Translations under genes and position numbers: made by a program
Source of the DNA: Zygophlyctis sp. KS116
Lineage: Eukaryota > Fungi > Chytridiomycota
Direction: 5' to 3'
Length of the DNA stretch: 23,854 nt
Assembly (NCBI GenBank): GCA_054661495.1
Contig: BAAFSQ010000152.1
Location: forward strand, 1-23,854
In this document: positions 1-10,575 of the stretch, piece after piece
Layout of the letters: the number at the start of each line of letters is the position of its first letter
How positions within the stretch are numbered: position 1 is the first letter of the stretch
Notes under the pieces: model-generated
What the model was told of the DNA's origin: nothing
The model's input: the letters and a program-made list of their open reading frames with translations, nothing else
Database searches by the model: none

Positions 1-775
1 GCTTGAGATTTTTGAGAAAATTGCATAGTCTTGGCTTATTAGGGATATCGGTCCCGCTACCTGAGATGTGGTCAAACCTTTTATTATATTCGTTAAAATC
101 ACCTTGTATGACGGTATAAATATTTTCATTGTTTGTTGACGTAAGAATTTTTGAAAGGAAATTTTTTAGATCTTTTAATATTTGTTTATAGTTTGCATGA
201 TTTTTGGCAGGATTATAGATAACTACGTATCTTAGTTTAAATTGCCTCAGTTTTATGAGGACACTTAGTCCATATCCAGGAAGAGAGTCAATTTTTATAA
301 TACTATTGAATGAGTTTTTTTTAATTAAAATACAGTTTCCCTGAGCTCCAGAGTCTACTGAGCAATTATATATAATCTTGTAATGTGGATCAATTTGAAT
401 ATTAATAATTTGCCTTTTTTCTTTGAAAATTTTTATTTCGTTCAGACTCAAGATTGTTGGACAGTACCTATCTAAAATAAAATTCACTTTATTGACTTTA
501 TTTAATATTCCATTTATATTAAAGTTGAGGAATTTATGTTTTGTATTTCCATTCGTCGAATGCATTTCTCTGTTGGAGATGTTTTGATGTGAGTATTTTC
601 TGGACGTATTGATTAGTTTACTCAAAGGAATCAATATTTTAATGTATTGAGAAGATTGGACATTTGCTGATCCTTTGCTAACACAAAAATTATTTACAAT
701 TAAATTTATTACAATTATATACAAGTTATTCCAGTATATCCGAAAATTAAGATTTAGTCTTCTTGTTAATTTCAT
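1..775 (-). mobile_element. APE-endonuclease N-terminus of a non-LTR (LINE-like) retrotransposon ORF, running off the left window edge
   Basis: A minus-strand frame is open from ATG 775 (second ATG 565) to base 2. It is absent from the ORF track because there is no stop in the window. The translation contains APE motifs in order: FLNFNINGILNK, ILSLNEIK, GNCILIKK, VVIYNP, VIQGDFNE. Confidence 0.75.
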
Positions 776-898
776 CACGTTTCTTGTTTACATATTTATT
801 TATTTTTTCCCCATTGATGTAATTCTTTCGATTTTGATTGAAGATGAATTCTTATAAGAGCTTTAAATTTAGTTGTAAGATTTAATAAGAACGCAATT

Positions 899-3124
899 AT
901 GGATTTGTCTAGTGAACAACGGCTCGTAATTGGAGCTATTATTGATACTTTTTATGCTCCTGTAAATCCTAAAATCAGTCGAGAAATACTAAATTCTAAA
1001 CAATCATCAACGGATTTAAATGTATTTTTGAATTCAAAGGCTGCAGATTTAGATCCAGTGGGTGATTTCATAAACATGATTAATGCAACGCCAAAGGATA
1101 AACAGACATTGTTTTCATTCGTTTTAAAATTACTTTGTACTTCTGTTGGAACATTTTTATTGATTGGCGGAAGTTCAATTAAGCCGTTTTATGCTCAGAG
1201 CCATTCAGAAAGGGAGCAGGGGATGATACGATTAGCAAATTCAAAAATTCCTCAGATCAGGCTCCTGTTTAATTCCTTTTTTGGACTCTCAGTGTCAATA
1301 TGTTATGGAAAAAATCTCGATTCTCCAAATGGAAAAACCAATCCGCTATGGAAAGCAATTGCATATCCAGGACCAATTCCTGAAAAAGCAAGACCTCTGT
1401 CAGATGAATTTTGGAGACCAAAGTTTGTAGATTTGTCTAAAGAGACTCGTGTTCCGTTGAAAAATGGCCGATATAGAATTAATCTAGAATGTGATGTTGT
1501 AATAGTTGGATCTGGTGCTGGAGGAGGTGTAGTAGCTGCTGAATTAGCTAAAAGTGGAATGAGTGTGATTATTTTGGATAAGGCTGTATATACTCATCCC
1601 TCAGATTATTCTTTAGGTGAGTTGGAATCTATTCAATCTTTTTACGAGCAAAAAGGGACTTTACAGACAGAAGATGGATCATTAAGAATTTTGGCTGGGT
1701 CTGTATGGGGAGGTGGCACTACAATAAATTGGTATTTTAAAAAACGTTAATGAAAGGTCTGCCTCTTTAGAAACACCGCAACATGTTCGAAAAGAATGGG
1801 CTAAAAGATATGGTCTTTCTTATTTTCTAACTGATGCATTTCAAAATTCTGTTGAAGCTATACGTGAAAGAAATGGTATTGGGGAAGATGCAATAAAACA
1901 TAATGTCCCAAATCAAATCTTGATGAGTGGATGTAAAAAAATGGGATATCATGTTGCTAATATTCCTCAAAATACTGCAGGAAAAGAACATAGTTGTGGA
2001 TGGTGTACATGGGGCTGTCCGTATGGAGAAAAACAAGGAACTTATTCTACATGGTTGAAAGATGCTGCTGATTATGGTTGTAGATTTGTTCAGGGCGTAT
2101 ATGTAGAGCGCATTATTCATAGAAATGGAAAAGCTAAAGGGGTATGGGCAAAGACTGATGATGGATATTTGTATATTTCTGCAAAAAGATTTGTGGTTTC
2201 ATCATGTGGTTCTATTAATACTCCCGCACTTTTATTACGTTCAGGTCTACGCAATCGTAACATTGGTAAAAATCTTCGACTTCATCCTGTAACTACTGTA
2301 TCTGGCTACTTTCCTGATCGCCGTGTAGCTCCCTACTATGGATCAATAATGACTGTGGTCTCTGATCAGGTTGCAGATCGTGGAGATGGCTATGGGGCCC
2401 GCTTAGAAGTCCCTACAGGCCATCCTTCTGTTATGGCAACTATATTCCCTTGGAAATCTGCCTCAGATCACAAACGTTTAATGACACAGCTTGACAATTG
2501 GGCTACATTTATTTCATTGACCAGAGATAAAAATTCGAAAGCATCTGTTGGAATAGATAAAGAAGGCCGCCCTAGAGTAAACTTCAATCTCTCAGCATAT
2601 GATGCGGAATCTATGCTTCAAGGTATTGAGACCGGAATCAAAGTCATGATTGCAGAAGGAGCCAAAGGCAAGATATTCTCTCTAATTTCCTAGAAGTTCT
2701 TACTGTTCAGCATGGTGTTCCTATTTTCAAAGTCCCTTCAGTTGAAAATCCAGTTGATTCACCTCAAGTTAAGGAGTTTTTGGCTACGGTTCGTAGAGTT
2801 GGAATCAAACCTCTTTACACTCCTATTCTTTGCGCTCATCAAATGGGCTCATGTAGAATGGGTACTAGCCCAACTACGGGAGCGGTAAATCCTACTGGGT
2901 AATCTCTTTACAATAATAACTAGGGAATCGTGGGAGATAAAAGGTCTCTACGTAGCCGATGCATCACTTTTCCCTACATCCACTGGAGTTAATCCAATGT
3001 TTACTGTATACTCAATTGGTAAGCAGTAATAATTTTAATATTAGCACATTCAGTTGCCCAATTTATAAAAGTAAAAGCAAATGAGCGTGTAGGTGTAGAA
3101 CCGATTACAAACGCTCGACTGTAA
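899..3124 (+). CDS. FAO1: Long-chain fatty alcohol oxidase (GMC oxidoreductase), about 707 aa, 4 introns, C-terminal PTS1 (ARL)
   Basis: Exons 899-1731, 1757-2667, 2694-2898, 2924-3018, 3045-3124 (2124 nt, in frame). Motifs [66 protein letters not shown]. Ends NARL*. Confidence 0.9.
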
Positions 3125-3126
3125 AA

Positions 3127-6100
3127 ATGGCTTCTATGCTTTCCAATGCATTGCTGATTGATGGAAAAGCCTTGGCAGAGTAAATAATTTTGAGTATAAT
3201 AAAAGATCTTTACGTTTACAGATGGCTGAGACAGTCTCAAAGATGAGGAACATGTATGGAATCGTTCCTCATTTGGCAATAATCCAAGTCGGCGATAGGG
3301 AAGATTCTTCGGTGTATGTAAGAATGAAACAGAATGCTGCTGCAAAGGTATGAAAAGAAACTCTGATTGCAGGCTGGAATTAATTTCTCTCTAAAGAAGT
3401 TGCCAGTTTCTATTTCACAATCACAGGTAAAAATGGATATTTCTGATCTTGAAGATGTTGGATGAAATTAATTCTCTAAATCAAGATTCTGGTATTCATG
3501 GTATTCTAGTACAATTACCGCTGCCTGATGGGTTTGATGAGCGAATAGTCACTGAAGCCATTAATGTACAGAAAGATGTGGATGGTTTCCATTCGGTAAA
3601 TATTGGGCAATTGGCAAAAAAAGATACTGAACCGCTATTTTTGCCTTGCACTCCTAAAGGAATTATGGAGCTTCTGAATAGTATAACCTATGATCTACGT
3701 GGAAAACGTGCAGTTGTTGTTGGAAGAAGCAATATTGTTGGAATGCCTATCGCACATTTACTTCAAAATAAAGATGCCACTGTTACTGTGTGTCATTCAA
3801 AAACTATCAATATTGAAAGTATAGTCAAAGACGCTGATCTCTTGGTGGTGGCCATTGGGAAGCCTAATATGATCAAGGGAGAATGGCTCAAGCCAGGAGT
3901 AGTTGTTATAGACGTTGGTACAAATGCTGTTTCAGACTCTTCAAAGAAATCTGGGGTCCGTTGGGTTGGTGATGTTGATTTTGAAGGCGTTTCAAAAGTT
4001 GCATCTTATATAACACCAGTTCCAGGTGGAGTTGGGCCAATGACTGTTGCAATGCTGCTTGATAATACAATAATAAGTGCTCAAAGGTTTATTAAAGGGT
4101 ATAAAATTCCCATGTCATATTCTCAGTTGAATATTTTGGATCCTGTTCCAAGGTATGAAGGCATTTATGGCTCTTATTATTAGTGACATAGATATTGCAT
4201 TGGCTCATAAACCAAAACCTATTGGTGTGGTGGCTGATGAATTGGGGATTTCTAAATCTGAAATTGAACTTTATGGAAATTACAAAGCAAAAGTTAATTT
4301 AAATATATTAGAGCGTCTTTCGCATCGAAGAAATGGAAATTATGTGGTTGTCACTGGAATCACACCAACACCATTAGGTGAAGGAAAAAGTATTACAACT
4401 GTATTTATAAATTTATGACAAATAGATTGGACTAACGCAGTCAATTGGTGCCCACTTAAAGAGAAATGTCATTGCGTGTGTTCGACAGCCATCTCAAGGG
4501 CCCACTTTTGGAATCAAAGGAGGTGCCGCTGGGGGAGGATACTCTCAGGTTATACCCATGGATGAATTCAATCTTCATTTAACGGGTGATATTCATGCTG
4601 TAACTGCTGCTAATAATCTTGTTGCTGCGGCACTCGATGCAAGAATGTTTCATGAGGCTACTCAAAGCGATAAGGCTCTATTCGACCGTTTAGTACCAAT
4701 TAAAAAAGCCAAACGAACTTTTTCACCGATAATGTTTTTAAGACTCAAGGTATAAAAATATAAAGCTGAAATTCAGAAGCTTGGAATTGAAAAAGAGAAT
4801 CCTGATGATTTAACAGAAGAGGAGAAAAGACGGTTTGCTAGATTGGATGTAGATCCTGAAACAATTACCTGGCAGAGGGGCATTGATACCAATGACCGGT
4901 TTCTGAGAAAAATAACCATCGGACAAGGCTCCCAGGAAAAAGGCTTCACCCGTGAGACTGGATTTGATATTACCGTTGCTTCTGAAATAATGGCAGTTTT
5001 GGCTTTGACTACAGATTTGAAAGATATGAGGAGCAGGTATACACTCTTAGTTACTTATTATTAGACTAGGAAATATGGTGGTTGCTAGCGACCGAAATGG
5101 TAATCCTGTAACCGCAGATGATTTGGGGGTCGCTGGAGCATTAACGGTTTTGATGAAGGACGCTATAAAACCAAATCTAATGCAAACACTTGAAGGAACT
5201 CCTGTTTTTGTACATGCGGGTCCTTTTGCTAATATAGCGCATGGAAATTCGTCAGTTTTGGCCGACTTGATTGCTTTGAAACTTGTTGGAACATCTTCAA
5301 ATGATGAAGAACCAGGTTTCGTAGTAACAGAGGCAGGTTTTGGTGCAGATATTGGGATGGAAAAGTTTTTTGATATCAAATGTCGATATTCTGGTCTTAC
5401 TCCAAATGCGGTAGTTTTGGTTGCTACAGTCAGAGCTCTAAAGATGCACGGCGGAGGCCCTGATGTAGTCGCCGGAAAGCCTTTAGCTGATGAATATACA
5501 CAAGAAAATTTAGATTTATTGAGCAGAGGCTGTGCCAATATGCAAAAACACATCCAAAACGCTCTAAAATTTGGCATACCCGTTGTTGTGTCAATCAATC
5601 GTTTTAGGTAAAATATTTCCGCTTACTGATGTAAAGTTCGGACACTGATGGAGAAATTGAATTAGTGAGAAAAGCTGCAATTGAAGCTGGAGCATTGGAT
5701 GCAGTACCATCAATGCAATGGGCCTTGGGTGGAAAGGGAGCAGTAGATCTTTCAAATGCTGTTGTGCGCGCTTGCTCTCAAACGGAAATACCTTCCTTTA
5801 AATTCCTTTATGATTTGAATTTAGGCATAAGGGAGAAAATCGATATAATTGTAAAAGAAATGTATGGAGGAGATGGGATTGAATTCAGTGATTTGGCATT
5901 GAAAAAAGTTGATGTTTATACCCGTCAGGTACACAAATTCGATTAAATTTACCGTAGGGATTCTCTAATCTTCCGATTTGTATTGCAAAGACTCATTTAA
6001 GTCTAAGTCATGATCCTAAACTCAAGGGTGTTCCTACTGGTATGACTTTCAATATTTTGGCTAATATATAGGCTTTGTAGTACCTGTTCGGGATATTCGT

Positions 6101-6229
6101 GTTTCTGCAGGAGCTGGATTTTTGTATCCACTGCTTGGGGAAATGCAAACTATGCCGGGATTACCTACTCGTCCATGTTTCTACGATGTAGATTTGGACA
6201 GCGATGGAAATGTAATGGGACTGTTTTGA
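3127..6229 (+). CDS. ADE3: Trifunctional C1-tetrahydrofolate synthase (dehydrogenase/cyclohydrolase + formyl-THF synthetase), about 940 aa, 10 introns
   Basis: Introns 3180-3205, 3348-3372, 3427-3454, 4153-4183, 4401-4425, 4750-4776, 5037-5064, 5608-5636, 5929-5957, 6040-6071 give a 2823-nt frame. Motifs [68 protein letters not shown]. Ends GLF*. Confidence 0.95.
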
Positions 6230-6257
6230 AATTTATTTAAATTAATAATTAGTTTTC

Positions 6258-7897
6258 CTAATGCCTCCATCTAATGTTAGACAACCATTTAATTAAAATT
6301 TACATTTTTAAAATTTTATCCTTGCCACCACTTGCAACCTTTTCTCCAGATGGACTCCAATCAACAGAGAAAACCTCGTCAGCATGACCTGGAAGCTCTG
6401 TCTTTAATTTGGAAGTCTTTAAATCCCAAGCTTTTAGAGTAGAGTCACGACTTCCAGATAAAATTTGACGACTATCTGCAGACCAACATACTTGATAAAC
6501 TGCACCAACATGTCCTCTAAGAGTTGATACAAATTTACCATGAACTCCATCCCAAGTTTTTACGCTCTTATCAAAACTTGCACTTGCAATTAATCTTCCA
6601 TCAGGAGAGAAACTAAGATGAGTTACCGGTTGCTGATGTCCAGTCATTCTGGAAATAGGTTTATTAGAAGAAGCAGGTTCCCATAAAAACAGAGTAAAAT
6701 CATCAGAGCAGGACGCTAATCTTTCAACTGGACAAACATCCTTAAAATCCTGATACCTTTTCTGTGCTGCAATAAATGCTTCCTCTTTAGAAGAAAATTT
6801 CATTTTCTTGTAATCGAAAGGACCAGTACGAAGAATAAAATCAGAATTAAGAGCCAAATGATTCACCCAATGACCATGACCGTCCAAAGACCTCACCATT
6901 CTCCCCTTATTTCTTTAAACAAAAAAGTCTTACATTACTTGAATCCCAAACCTTGATTGTTTTATCTCTAGATGCAGTATAAATGTATCCATCTCCTAAA
7001 ATCTTAAAAATATTTTATACCTCCCCATTTAACACACATCACTGGCGCAGTATGTAATGAAAAAACCATGATTACTTTTCTTAATGTAGCATTCCAAATT
7101 CTAACAGTCCCATCCTTTGACGCAGAGACAAATCTATTACATTCTATATTACTATATTTTGAATAAAAAACAAATCTTACGAATGCATTGGCTCCCATGA
7201 TAAACTAGTAATACATTGACTATGAGCTCGAAGAGCATCACCAATTGCCTTTCCAGTTTTTGGATCCCAAACTCTAATAGTATTATCCATACTTCCTGAA
7301 ATCAATTTTTGACAATCAGGAGACCATGAAACAATTTGAACCCAATTAGTATGCCCAGATAAAGTAAATTGAGGAGTTTCTGTATTCAAATCCCAAATTC
7401 TAACTGTAGTATCTCCTGATCCAGTTGCTAATTGTGATCCATCAGGACTAAAAGAAACTGACAATATTGCTTCTGTATGTCCTAATTTTAAGAAAATTCA
7501 TCATACCACTTAAACTAGCAGAGCATCTTCCGACTGATCTTACTCTAAAAACAGCCAATGGACGATACACTATATGTACTGTAGTTTCACTAGACATATT
7601 CAATGCCTGATGTATGTCTGCATACAGATTCTTACTAATTTCAACATCATTCACAAAAAAAGTGTATGGAAGTGATTCATCATTCTGCATCAAGTTATTC
7701 AATAAGAGCATTAGTTGCTCAGGAGTACTATCGACTGGAAGATTAAGCGGTGGACCTTGTGGCACTCCTTCGGGGGACTTGAACTGTGCAACAACAGTCA
7801 TTCCAGAGGGTGCATTGGGAATTTCCTCTACAGGCTTTACTAGTTTTTTAGATGGACGATGCCATGTCTGAGACTTTACTGTAGTTTCTCCAGGCAT
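6258..7897 (-). CDS. RSA4: Ribosome assembly protein Rsa4 / Notchless (NLE ubiquitin-like domain + WD40 repeats), about 499 aa, 5 introns
   Basis: Introns at + coordinates 7482-7506, 7152-7180, 6996-7020, 6906-6933, 6271-6303 give a 1500-nt frame. Motifs YRPLAVFRVR, GHTEAILSVSFSPDG, LSWEPMH, GHGHWVNHLAL, SCSDDFTLFLW, LPGHADEVFSVDWSP. Ends IWRH*. Confidence 0.95.
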
Positions 7898-7946
7898 TTT
7901 AGATGAAAAAGATTGAAAATTCGCTGATGGCAAATTTAGCTCTGTA

Positions 7947-8228
7947 TTAAGGCCTGGTCGGTCCCGACAAGGTCCATGCAGTGTTTTTCTTTACCCACTC
8001 TGTAGGTAAATATTTAAACTGATGAGAAGTAAAATCTAATGTTGCATCTCCAATATACAGATAAGAATCTGCTAAAAAACGTAAATTATCGTCTTGAATA
8101 ACCTTTGTATTGATGGCTAATTGTGAATAAATTTGTTTACCTGTTCCATTAGTCGCTTTTGCTCCTGATATAATAATGGAGGATATCCAGAGAGGTCTAA
8201 AGAATTTATAAGCAGACGAAAAGACCAT
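7947..8228 (-). CDS. Hypothetical 93-aa protein
   Basis: ATG-initiated ORF that almost exactly fills the gap between STIL and RSA4 on the same strand (47 and 49 nt spacers). I recognise no motif. Confidence 0.55.
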   Translation of the reverse strand: MVFSSAYKFFRPLWISSIIISGAKATNGTGKQIYSQLAINTKVIQDDNLRFLADSYLYIGDATLDFTSHQFKYLPTEWVKKNTAWTLSGPTRP

Positions 8229-8275
8229 TATTTATTATGAGTAACCTTGACCTTCAATTTCGGACAACTCTTGTA

Positions 8276-10495
8276 TTAGAGCAACTTTCCCAAAGACTTT
8301 AGCCGCATAGAGTCTAAAACCTTGTAGTCTGATGATGATCTGGCAGGTTTAAAAAATACAGAATTTTGACAAGTTGTTGGTACACTTGAAATTATACTTT
8401 CATTCAATAATCCATGTCGTCTTAAATATTCTTGAGTTGCAAAAGAATTTCCAGCAGATAAAATAGTAGTGTTCATGGAAGATCCATCAGGAACATCACG
8501 AGAAATATCCTTTTCGGGTTCATTCTTTTCAGAAACGTAAATAAAACTTTCATTGGGATTTTGTGCAAGTTGCGCAATCATTGATTTGGAAAATGTTGTT
8601 TCAGGTGAGTCTTTAGGATCCTCTTTAATGCTCTCTTCTTCTTTCGAGACTGAAAAAAAAGGTTTATAATTTGAGCCAGTGTCAAAGGGAGGTTTAGAAT
8701 AATTGTCAAGATTGAGTTCTTCATCGGGTATTTCTAAAATAGTTTCTGCTTTATCAGAGACTTGTTGTATATCACTACTTGAAACTTGTATAGATTGATC
8801 CTTCTAGAATATTAAAAAATATTTATAAACCTTTTCTGTAATTTGAACCATGAATGATGTATGAGTTCCGCAGTCCTGATTTACAATAGGTTCAGTGTTT
8901 GTAGATACTGATACCCTGTTTAAATTAGTTTCTTTATTGAGAAGATGCATCATTTGAGTTCTTAAAATATCAATTTGTTGCTGTAAAAGTGTTAAATAAA
9001 CCCACTGTTGATTTTGGGAATCGTCTGGCTGAGAAGATATTCTAATTATTGGAGCTTGATTAGGCTGTTTATCATTCGTGACTGACTCCTGCTTGACTGG
9101 ATTTTCAGAACTTATCATTTCCTCTTTAAGCTCTTCTTTTGTTTCTTCTTTAGTCTCTTCTTGTATTTCTTCTCTTGAGTTATTATCAGCCAAATCGTTA
9201 GATTCTTGTTCTACAGCTCCAATTTCGTTTACTTTTTCCCAAATTTTAATCTCTTTCTCGACGACATTCTTCTGCTCAGATTTTAAATCATCCTTTACAG
9301 CTAAATCTCTAAATTCTTAGAAACCAAAGACTTACACGCCAAAAAGATCGTTATAGGCCTCACAAAACTCCTCTTCCCTTCTAATATCTACATTTTCCAA
9401 ATCCAATATTACATCTTGATCTGAATTTTGAAAAGAAACTTCAACTTTTGCCTTTTGTAACCAAAAATCATGTTTTTGAGTTTCATAATTAACTTGATAA
9501 AATCTTTCATCTTTTGAGTATAAACAAACCAGGAATGAATTTGAAGACTCTAACTTTGGCAATCCTTCATTCATCATGTAAAATATAGACAGTTTCTGAA
9601 TAAATTCATCTTGAATTTCTCGAATTCCTGATACCCATATCCCTACTAAACACCAATTAAAATCCGAAACTTGATGGTTTAAAAACACTACATGTCTTGC
9701 TTGATCTATCGCCATATACCCAAATCTTAAGTCTTGATTTTCCAATTTTAAATCTGAAATTAAAGCATTTGGAACTATTCTTATTGAAGGAATTCCAACA
9801 TATTTAAGATATAATTTAGGAATAATTCTTGCACTTGAAATTTCCAATCCTTCCTCCTTTAGTAAAATATTACAAATCCAAGGAAAATAAGTCCTTGATT
9901 CAGTTTGAGACACGAATTTCTCCAAATCTAGAATCAAATGGTGATAAACCTGATTTAAATTTGGCAATGAATATAATAGTTTGAGTATTTCATCGTCTTT
10001 TATGACCATTGTAGGAGTATTATTCCTCCCCATATCAAATCTATCCATTTCAACTTTAGAGTTTCTTAAATTCCCAATCAAGAACCCAGGTTCTTTGAAT
10101 GCATGCCTTTCTATTACTGCAAGAACATTTGTCATTGCAGTAAAGTTTAACTGAATTTTTAGATTTTCTGGGTCTTTGAGTAAACTAAAAATCCATGAAG
10201 CTCCGTTTGGAGTAGAGTCCCATAAATAAAAACGCCTTGCAGCGGGAGGAACATACGCATACTCTCCATTTTGTCTAGTCTTACTTGCCCAATTATTACC
10301 AGTTGTCTGATGAGAGTTATTACCAGTTGTCCGAATAGAGTTATCAATATAATTATTATTTTCTCTTGCAGTCTCCAATTGACTAGTAAAAGGAACCAAA
10401 GGCTTCCTGACTCTAAGTCTTCCATTCCCCATACTTGTAATATTATTAGCTTCTTTAAGTTGTTTTAGAGTCTTTAAAGGCCCCAAATCATTCAT
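8276..10495 (-). CDS. STIL: STIL/Ana2/SAS-5 centriole assembly protein homologue, about 721 aa, 2 introns
   Basis: Introns 9309-9335 and 8804-8830 join three track ORFs. STIL_N-like blocks LWDSTPNG, MDRFDMGR and FGYMAIDQARHVVFL...LVGIWVSGI; central coiled coil LLQQQIDILRTQMMHLL; STAN-like SFATQEYLRRHGLL; terminal TIM-like VLDSMRLKSLGKLL. These match my recollection of vertebrate STIL motifs. Confidence 0.85.
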
Positions 10496-10575
10496 TTTTA
10501 TCGTAGAATTTCCGTTTTAATTATATTCTCAATCTCAATACATCATAATTATCCCTAGTTATCATAAAGTATATT

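Noticed and set aside
3110-3140. FAO-ADE3 fusion protein, or an upstream mitochondrial extension of ADE3
   Set aside because: The two frames differ, FAO ends in a proper PTS1, and the ADE3 frame hits TGA at 3082 with no upstream in-frame ATG.
899-6229. FAO plus ADE3 as a methanol/C1 assimilation cluster
   Set aside because: The oxidase is of the long-chain FAO type rather than a methanol AOX, and unrelated neighbours are packed almost as tightly, so adjacency alone is not evidence.
7898-7933. RSA4 start at 7933, as given in the ORF track
   Set aside because: That codon is TTG; the first ATG, in AAA context, is at 7897.
1827-10468. Shadow ORFs 1827-2120, 3001-3345, 5047-5598, 7614-7871, 9078-9320, 10159-10425, 10271-10468 (also 675-857)
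   Set aside because: They are antisense or alternate-frame overlaps of well-supported coding regions and carry no motifs.
899-10495. Fragmented ORFs read as pseudogenes, programmed frameshifts or an alternative genetic code
   Set aside because: Every break is resolved by a 25-33 nt GT/GC-AG intron, giving full-length proteins under the standard code.
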